DNA of 64,000 nt from contig JAQGDQ010000195.1 of assembly GCA_030141605.1 (NCBI GenBank), positions 124,001-188,000 on the forward strand. Reading direction: 5' to 3'. Of the stretch, positions 55,482-64,000 are shown piece after piece. A model generated the notes under the pieces. The model did no database searches. It was not told the origin of the DNA and saw only the letters and a program-made list of their open reading frames with translations. The first letter of the stretch is position 1; every line of letters starts with the position of its first letter. Position numbers and translations under genes: made by a program. Source of the stretch: Tubiluchus corallicola (taxonomy: Eukaryota; Animalia; Priapulida).

Positions 55482-55779
55482 GTAAGGGATATGTTACTGT
55501 AAAAGCTGTCACAGTATGCAGGCCTAGAGACCTCAATGTGCAGTCCTTATGTGCACTGGAAAAATATTACAGCTAACTTGTGAAGTCAATATTTGGCTGA
55601 TATTTGTTTACAAGTAAATGTAAATTTACAACTAGAATACTTTGAAGTTAAAATTTCACAAAGTGCCTTCTACTACCGTGACATTTTCTTGAAATATTTT
55701 GACCTGTCTAATACCCGGAAAAGCAATATCTCATCACCTCATGCAAAGTATTAAAAATGGTATTCACGTTTACTTACAG

Positions 55780-55905
55780 TTTCACCAACACTACCATTCT
55801 GGATTGGAACTAGAACAAAACAAGATTTGCATATTGTGCAATAAACCTGCCCAGTATCTCTGTTCTGGATGTGAATCAGAATGGTACTGCAGCATGTCCT
55901 GTCAG
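55780..55905 (+). CDS. Coding exon 6: N-terminal part of MYND zinc finger (CILC..CSGC..YCSMSCQ)
   Basis: Acceptor tttacttacag, donor CAG|GTAAAT; CxxC-x7-CxxC-x4-YCSxxCQ pattern of zf-MYND. Confidence 0.92.
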
Positions 55906-56458
55906 GTAAATTGCTGTGGTATTTACTTTTCATTTTACTATAATATTTAGGGCAGACCATTTGCCCGATAATTTCTAACATTATGCATAAATCAAATAAA
56001 GCACTACCTGGAACAAACCCTTGAGGAATGCCGCACTATACGAAAATTAATATTGACTAGCTAAGGCAGCCTTAGATAAACCATAACTAAAAATTGCATT
56101 CTTACATAAACAATACTTTATCCACCTGATGATATTGTAATGTGTAAAACACACAAAGTAATGTAAGTAAAATTTTAATGTCGAAAATTTTATAATTGTA
56201 AATATAAAATGATTAAGCCAAAAAAAAAATCAAAAAAGTCTGTAGAAGAAAAGCAGTGACCATATTACAATAAATATGCATAACATTTTTGGTTTGTCAA
56301 ATAAAAAATAATGGCAAAATCAGGAAATTGTATTCATTGTTACTTCATTGGTAATCCTGCTGATTGCATTACAAAAATGCACTTATGGTTACGGTAAAGC
56401 TTAGGAATAAAAACTATGCTTGCCTGCTGTTCTTATCTTTCATCATTTTGTTTTTTAG

Positions 56459-56569
56459 AAGAGTAATTGGGAAAGACACAAAGCAAAGTGTCATTCAAGG
56501 CAACAAGAGAAATCAGCGATACAGTCAGTGCCTTCAATAGACAATAGTCAATTGCTCAGACGGTCCTAG
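56459..56569 (+). CDS. Last coding exon: completes MYND finger (KSNWERHKAKC) and stop
   Basis: Acceptor ttttgttttttag (AG 56457-58); translation KSNWERHKAKCHSRQQ...LLRRS* supplies the W..H...C end of MYND. TAG 56567-69; AATAAA near 56785. Confidence 0.9.
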   Translation, partial: KSNWERHKAKCHSRQQEKSAIQSVPSIDNSQLLRRS

Positions 56570-57371
56570 CGGCAGTAGCATTAAATAGATTTTACTAGAC
56601 AACTGTTTTTCGTGTAATTATTTTTATATGTAAATAAGTTTTTCTGTTAATTAATATAAAACACAATAATTTATGTATTGTAAAAATGTTGAAACAGTGA
56701 GTGTAGAGTAGCATGATTTTTTTGTAGATTTATTACCTTGGGCATTGCCCAATTGTTAACATAATATTAATCATACAGTGTTGTAATAAATTTAGATGTT
56801 GTAAGTTTTATTTGTCAAAGCAACAATATAAGGAAAAAAACGAGATATTTATTTAATCATAGTGTACATGTTACTACTTTGTACATTTGTGAATTTTAAG
56901 TTTACGTTGTAAATTTGTAAAATAACGACTTCTTGTAAGGTAGTTTGTGACTGAATCATGCTGTGTCATTTTTACACTTAATTCTTGTCCAGGATATATT
57001 ATTTAAAGTGAGTAAATGTAATAATATGAAATCACAATCAAAATGTACATGCAGGGCCTAATTTTATAGAAAAACATAGTGGGTGCTTTAACAGGCATCT
57101 TAAATACTTTCTTCTATATGTTGCTTCATTTACGTGTATTTTTCACTTGTTGTACGAACAAAAATGTTGTAAATAGAGATGTAAATGTTTAATTATCAAA
57201 TCTAATGTGATTAAAAAATAACCATGCAGTTCAGTGCAGAGATAGTTAACTAGCTCCAATCTGATGTGCCCAGTAGCACAAGGATGGAAGTCTCCAAATT
57301 GACCCATTCAAGGTCATTGTAATTTCAGGCAAAGGTTTATAGCAAAAGGTAGCAGCCTGTATCCATTTGTA

Positions 57372-57831
57372 CAGTCAACATCAGATATAAGGTACTCGCT
57401 TATAAGGGACACTCGCTTATAAAGAACCACCTACACCGGTCCCGATTTTTCGTAACATTTTTCCTAAGTAAAAATCTTCGTATATAAGGCACTCGGATAT
57501 AAGGGACGATATCTTCAGGTCCCGCATAATAGAAACCTAGGTAAATTACCTCGCATACAAGGAACCCTATGATCAAAACGAAATTGATCGATTTTTAACC
57601 TCAATTTATCATAAACTTGCCCTTCAAACAGCTCGGTTTCCGAGGTCACTTACATTTCGCATCACTGAAGGAGCTTCCTACGTACCGTTTGCACTGAATG
57701 TGTAGCAATAATCCATAAAGTACACGTTTAGATACACCCTCGGTCTGATTCAACTTCGGCTATAAGGGACATCGGATATAAGGGACGGTTTTTTCCGGTC
57801 CCAAGGTGCCCCTTATATCTTAGGTTGACTG
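57372..57831. mobile_element. Tc1/mariner-superfamily (pogo/Tigger-like) MITE
   Basis: TA flanks; TIRs cagtcaacatcagatataag / cttatatcttaggttgactg; internal tataagggac and ggtccc repeats. Confidence 0.9.
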
Positions 57832-58377
57832 TACATTATTTTACAATTCCTGATGTCCTAGTATTTTGTCCTCACTCTCTATAAAACCAAAGTATTTGTT
57901 TTTGCAAAGTAAATTTAAAATGCCTTGTATGCCTTGTATCCAACCTTTATCTTCTTTTTTAAAAGGATGTCTGCCCATCAGACAGGGTTTCCATGTAACT
58001 TTGAGGCCATAAATTATATTTATTCACCCCAAACAAGGCACCTGGCACTGAAACAATAGATGGCTTCGTCAGCTTTTGGCACTGAACTGCAGGACAACAC
58101 CATAATACGGTCGGAGGCAAGGTTGTTTTTTAAAGAATTCGTATACCGTAAGCCATGATGCCACTCCGCAATGGTAAAGGTTACACAAGGTATATAGTTC
58201 AGCACTCAGATCATTCTATGTGTTTGCAAACAGCAAACTGACTCGAAAGTATACAACTCCTAACAAATGATTGAATCGGTATATAAGTTGATAGAGATTT
58301 ATTAAGAAAAACTAATCTCCTATAAAAAAGACAAATATTCACGCAAATGTTATAAGATTTCCCATGCTTCTTTGAGG

Positions 58378-58491
58378 TTATAAGATTCCCCATGCTTCCT
58401 CGAATCCCGAACACACTTTGGCACACGTCAGTGCAGCTGACAGTGGGTACTGGCTTATCGATATCTCCTCTTCCGTGTAGTCAACATCAAC
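58378..58491 (-). CDS. EMG1: EMG1/NEP1 last exon
   Basis: Translates VDVDYTEEEISISQYPLSAALTCAKVCSGFEEAWGIL*, the conserved EMG1 C-terminus. Acceptor ttttcttcttag; AATAAA on minus strand near 58298-58303. Confidence 0.95.
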   Translation of the reverse strand, partial: VDVDYTEEEISISQYPLSAALTCAKVCSGFEEAWGIL

Positions 58492-60319
58492 CTAAGAAGA
58501 AAAACATGATGCAAAAGAGGACCTCTCTAAAGTGTAGTGTCGCCAAACTAAATGAACTCCTCAGTTGACCGAGGAAGTGTTTGTAGCCCAACCAGAATAC
58601 AAACTGCACATATATATAAATCATTAATCATTAATTCATTAGTGCAGGTTTATGTCCGAGCAAACCAGTTTAGCACAATGATTAATGACTTCCAGAAACC
58701 TTTGTGTCTTTTCAGTGAAAGTTTCGTACTCATCGTTAAAACTATTTATGCCCAAAGGCTGAACAGAGTTTATAACTCTGGAGTCCAGAAACACGTTTTT
58801 CCTGAAGTTCTAGCCACACGCAGACATTTTAATGGAAGTCTTAGAAAGTTTTTCTAATTTTCGTCACGTATTTGTAGCTCAGAAACACATTAGCACTCAT
58901 GAACCTGACTACAACAATACCTTGAAGAAATATACACCTAGCTAAAATACAGATATATACAACATTTATTCGAAGGCAAAATACGGGTTTACACATTGTG
59001 TCCAACATGCTGTAGGGTCACGACATTAGAAATGTTACCATGGGTACTTTCACCTGCCAAAAACATGTGAAGAATGTGTTGATACCTGATAACTTCCTTA
59101 GTTTACAGCTACAGGTAAACATCACATGCTTTGCAAAGGATTTCAGAAATATGCCCTGGCACAGGCCGGCTTACAGGAAGTGTTGGAAGAACATGCTATA
59201 ACATGATCTTAGCACATAATTTGATGTGCCTGTATATACACGCACAATGATATTTCATAACAATATTGCACAATTGTATTGCCAATAATATTGTGCAATA
59301 GTAATGTTCAGTATTGTGCAATATAATTGACAATAACGTATGCACGTGTTTTCCATTCTAAATTATTGTTCTCAATGTTACAAGCAGACATTTTTGGTAT
59401 AATCTCAAAGAGCAATAGCACCAGCTCATTATCTGTTTACCATTTTACATGCCACCTGTCGTAAACCTTATTAGCGCATCTATTATTATCAGCTCGAAAC
59501 TTTGGAACCAAAGTGCAGAGTCACAATTATCATATTAAGTACTACATGACAGGCTGAAGATTATATATTAAGAACAAATAGAAAAACTACTGGCAGCCAA
59601 ACTATCTCTTCCGACAGCACCGAAAACACAACTGCCAGTTTTTCAGACAGCAAAATGGTGACTGCATCCGTTGACCACAGTGATTTGGTAGGAAGGCATC
59701 AATATCAATGCTCAAAAATCTTATAATATCAAACAAAAGCCTGTTCATTGGGGAGAGACAAAATCCAATCAGCATTTATAAATGCACCTGGAACCAATGA
59801 CTCGTAAAAAGAGAACCAAAGACGAGTAATACAAAGTCTAACTGCACAAACGTAAAAGTGGAGGCACTGTACTGAAAGAATATCTGTAAACAATGTCACA
59901 TTAAACTTGGTATTTTGCCTGAGCCTGGTGAGCTCTAACTAAATGTGTTACGAAGTATGAAACTTTTACACAAGTCATTCATTTAACCGTTTGCACTCAG
60001 CTCATACTGTTTCTTAATATTTTGCAATTATCACAGCTTTTCACTGTCTGGCAAAAGTTTTACTGTACTTTATTTCCGAAAAGCCGCAACATGTACATTA
60101 TGACTAGTCATGCAACAGCTTTTAAAGACCCTTCACCAAAGCATAGGAAAAACTCATGCAAGGATAAGATGCAACGGCAACATTGATCAAACTGATTGGC
60201 TGCAATAAAATCAATGACTAATGCTGTAAAACATTTGTAACATATTTACAACAAATATATAAAATTTTTGCCCTTATCAACATTGCGGCATGCAATAGAA
60301 AAATGTGCTGCTATTTTAC

Positions 60320-60469
60320 CTTGCCATGGGCCATTGCTCCTATGACAACCACCACTGGCTTGTCAACTGGAGCTAGATCTCTGGGATGGACACACGAACT
60401 GGCGCTGTAGGAGAGACTTATTTTTCTGATGCCCGTGGGCAAATGTCGAGAAACTGGATTTTTCACTAC
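60320..60469 (-). CDS. EMG1: EMG1/NEP1 18S rRNA pseudouridine N1-methyltransferase, penultimate exon
   Basis: Translates VVKNPVSRHLPTG...PVVVVIGAMAHGK, matching the EMG1 SPOUT-domain motif VIKNPV...VGAFAHGK. Phase-0 AG/GT borders, 150 nt. Confidence 0.93.
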
Positions 60470-61889
60470 CTGAAGAAAAAGACAAAAAATTAGCAATCTA
60501 AGATCTAATTAATTTAAAGCAAAATGCGCAAGAAAATCAAGTATTCTTTGCAAAAATTTCAGTTATTAACCAGTTTTTAAATACTTAATTCACTAAACAC
60601 TTAAATTCTATAAATATTTATTTTATGTCTTGCTTTGTAGCACTTTACTATATTTAATTAGTTATTTTAGATTGAAGTTTTTATTTTTTTGTTTTTTACT
60701 TAACATACGTTTCTTACGTTTAAGAAGTTCATGGCATTATAAAAAACAATGATATGCAACTTATAAACTTAGCTATGCAGTTTATATAAAAATTACATTA
60801 GACTATTTGAAATACGCAGTCACAATACATAAAATAGTTCATTGAAATATACAATACATGTAGATCTACAATGCAATAATAATATTTAAAAAAAATTAAA
60901 GATGTTAATTGCATAATGCAAAACATAATCACTATCAACATGTTTACATATTTCTTTTTTTTTATATGAACAGTAAACATACAATTTGCCAATTATATCA
61001 CTGAGCAGTTTTGCCAGCCAAAATTATTATATATTTGGTACTTTTGTGTACTGAAACAATAATATATCCAGCAAGATTAATTTAAGCAATGCCATTGGAG
61101 ACTGTCAAAAATTAATGATGTTGCCCTAAAAGACAATGCATCAGGTCACATTGTTGTCCAGATTCACCGTTATCAACATTCTTGTTTAAATAGAAAGGAA
61201 AACACTGCATGGAAGAATAAAGTGGGCACATCAGATAAGTGTTGCTGCTACAACAATAAGCCTTTTCACAGTTTCACTATGCACAGTTGCTGTAGATCAA
61301 AGGTTAAGTGTACCACAGTAACACCTCTTAACTACAACTGTCATGTTGGTAAAGCAAAGGCATCTGTCGCATCAGTGCAGGAACTTCAGATGTTTTACAT
61401 GGATATTACTTAATTATGCATTAGTCTGTGAGTAGAGTGATTGACTAGCAGGATCGTGCTTAGGAACAAGAAAAAATTAATTAGGTGAGGTTCTAGTTAG
61501 CTGTAAAAACAAGTTAAAACAGTTACTATTACAGTAGCATGGGCTGCGAGGTGTTGTCAAGTGTACACAAATGCGTTGTCTGGCACACTTAACCTTTGAC
61601 CTTTTCACGATCACCATCAATCACTGGAACTGTGCAAAGGCTTATTAGAACCCGTATCGATGTTTACTTCAAGTGTTAAGTCCCAATAACAGAAAATTCA
61701 CAGCAGCTTAGCAGTAGCCCTGTAAAATGAATTTTGCTTATAACATGCGCTATACTGGGCATTAGACAAGTGATGACTAAATCATCTAAATTATTGTTTA
61801 GCACCCAACTCTCATAACAGATCTACTTCAGCTATATACAAATGTGTTCATACAACCATGCGAAACAGTTGCACAGACATTTCACTAGT

Positions 61890-62570
61890 CCAGTTCAACC
61901 TAGCTGTAAAGAAAAATATTTGGGTCACATTATCTCAGAAGACAACTGAGATGACTTAGCCATCATAAGATAGTGCTGTATCTATTATTGCAGAGCTGTT
62001 AAATTCTTAATAAAATTTGGTTCTTGTTCTACTAACATGAAAAATCATGTTTATTGCAGTAACTTTTATTGCATGACCACGTGAAGGCATTTTTATAATT
62101 ATACTCTTGTAAAACTAAGTGGGTCACACTGTTTCCATTTGCAAACTTTTTATGATATCAGTGCAAGAACAACAACTACTAACTTTGGATTAACATACTT
62201 TGATATATTACGTTGTAAGTGCACATGCAGTTTGTACACTAGGTTAAACAATAGTGAAAACAATATTTGTAGAAGTATAATCAGTTCTGATTTAAGATTC
62301 ACCTCTGACATTAGAGATATGTGGTGCAAAATTCTCTATCAAAGGTAATAAATTAGCCTAGATCTATATCCTCTACATACCTGGAGATAGTGTAGTGTCT
62401 ATGCTTGGATAAACTTGTTATTTATTATCATTAATGAAATTTTGTAATTCTGCAATTATTTACGCATTTATTTATTTTCTTGTGTAATGTCTTTGTGTGA
62501 TTTAGTGTAGTTATTGTTTGCTATGTATTGGATATGAACATTATGTTTGAAATCTAAATCTAATCATAAT
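61890..62570 (+). mobile_element. Degenerate LINE 3' fragment (L2/Daphne-like) in EMG1 intron
   Basis: Reads KYLGHIISEDN*DD...FGSCS..MK...YCSNFYC with stops, an RT thumb/C-terminal pattern; T-rich UTR follows. Confidence 0.7.
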
Positions 62571-63220
62571 TCTTGTCTCATAAGCAGCACAAATTTGCCA
62601 CTAGTACAAAGTAAGTTGACATTCCGCAGAATCTGTGATAACCATTCATTAGCTTCAAAGAAAATATAAGTACAAAATGAAATTGTGTTGCTTCTTTTTT
62701 TACACGTTGGCAGCTGCCACACATAACACACTTGCATTATTTATTGTCTTAATATTCATGACTATGCGTCAGTGGAACCTCAACTCTTTGACCATCTGTT
62801 AATACTTTTAACCCTTTTAACACTTCTAGAGCAAACAGACTGGCCATGTCATGTAACCAAAGGGATGTTGATGATGAATCTTTATTATTATACAATGGGT
62901 ACAACGAGCCTCTATTTGCAGGCAGAAGCAATTTGAACGCCACTTAAACTTTATGCAATATGCAAAACTTTATGAAATACATGCAACAAAATATAGCGCT
63001 AGCAAAAATTAAAAGAAGTTCGATGAGTAAAATTATATCCCATATTACATTTCAACAGCTTTAACTACACAAAATTTAAGAAAATCAGAAGCTAATTAAT
63101 GTTTTCGTGTTAAATTACATTACAGTGATTAATGTTAATATTAGTTACCAAGGCTACACATAATAAATTCATCATTTACAAAATTTACAAAGCTGTGGAG
63201 CAACAAATCATTTTTGTAGT

Positions 63221-64000
63221 GATAAACGTCATTTATAGATCCAGTTGGAAGCTCATCTGGTAGTGCTTCGCGTTTAGCAAATATTCTGGAGTTTGAGCTT
63301 CCTCTAAGCAGTCGAACTTACAGATAAACGTCATTTATAGATCCAGTTGGGGCTCATCTAGTAGTACTTCACGTTTATTTTCCTGTACTTTAGGACAACT
63401 AAACAGGAAATGTTCTGGAGTTTGAGCTTCCTCTAAGCAGTAGCGCTTACAGATAAACGTCATTTATAGATCCAGTTGGGGCTCATCTAATAGCGCTTCG
63501 CGTTTAGCAAATGTTCTGGAGTTTGAGCTTCCTCTAAGCAGTTGCACTTACAAATAAACGTCATTTATAGATCCAGTTGGGGCTCATCTAAAAGCGCTTC
63601 ACGTTTAGCAAATTTTCTGGAGTTTGAGCTTCCTCTAAGCAGTTGCACTAACAAATAAACGTCATTTATAGATCCAGTTGGGGCTCATCTAATAGCGCTT
63701 CGCATTTAGCAAATTTTCTGGAGTTTAAGCTTCCTCTAAGCAGTTGCACTTACAAATAAACGTCATTTATAGATCCAGTTGGGGCTCATCTAATAGCGCT
63801 TCGCGTTTAGCAAATTTTCTGGAGTTTGAGCTTCCTCTAAGCAGTTGCACTTACAAATAAACGTCATTTATAGATCCAGTTGGGGCTCATCTAAAAGCGC
63901 TTCACGTTTAGCAAATTTTCTGGAGTTTGAGCTTCCTCTAAGCAGTTGCACTAACAAATAAACGTCATTTATAGATCCAGTTGGGGCTCATCTAATAGCG
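63221..64000. repeat. 101-bp tandem satellite, >=7.5 copies, runs off the window
   Basis: ataaacgtcatttatagatccagttgg recurs at 63222, 63324, 63453, 63554, 63655, 63756, 63857, 63958. Confidence 0.97.

Noticed and set aside
46813-55502. ORFs of 834, 224 and 1,029 aa as separate genes with the listed starts
   Set aside because: Their N-termini are intronic pyrimidine tracts; splice phases join them into one gene.
61594-61629. Minus-strand AG..GT-bounded segment as the missing short EMG1 exon
   Set aside because: Translation (VPVIDGDREKVK) does not match VQLLHKLSVRA..KLLK and the end phase does not fit the next exon.
63345-63360. GGGGCTCAT resembling the RNase MRP CR-V motif
   Set aside because: Part of the satellite unit; no CR-I partner or P4 helix.

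Overview
AT-rich eukaryotic (animal, probably marine invertebrate; ascidian-like by inference only) genomic window, not prokaryotic. Positions 1-~40,600 contain no protein-coding gene I can recognise. They hold transposon debris (a Penelope-like 3' end with a degenerate hammerhead-like motif, LINE tails, a rearranged piggyBac remnant, TTAA-flanked Kolobok-like elements, hAT and Harbinger MITEs), micro/minisatellites and TAAT-rich enhancer-like blocks. From 40,656 to 56,569 (+) the long ORFs join by phase-compatible GT-AG introns into one 7-exon gene of about 2,252 aa. The protein is mostly low-complexity, carries short linear motifs (PLNLS, AT-hook, SIM, SUMO sites, NLS) and ends in a MYND zinc finger split over the last two exons. 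Convergent with it on the minus strand are the last two exons of EMG1/NEP1; its upstream exons lie beyond the window. The window ends in a 101-bp satellite. All calls are from reading by eye; no searches or folding programs were run.
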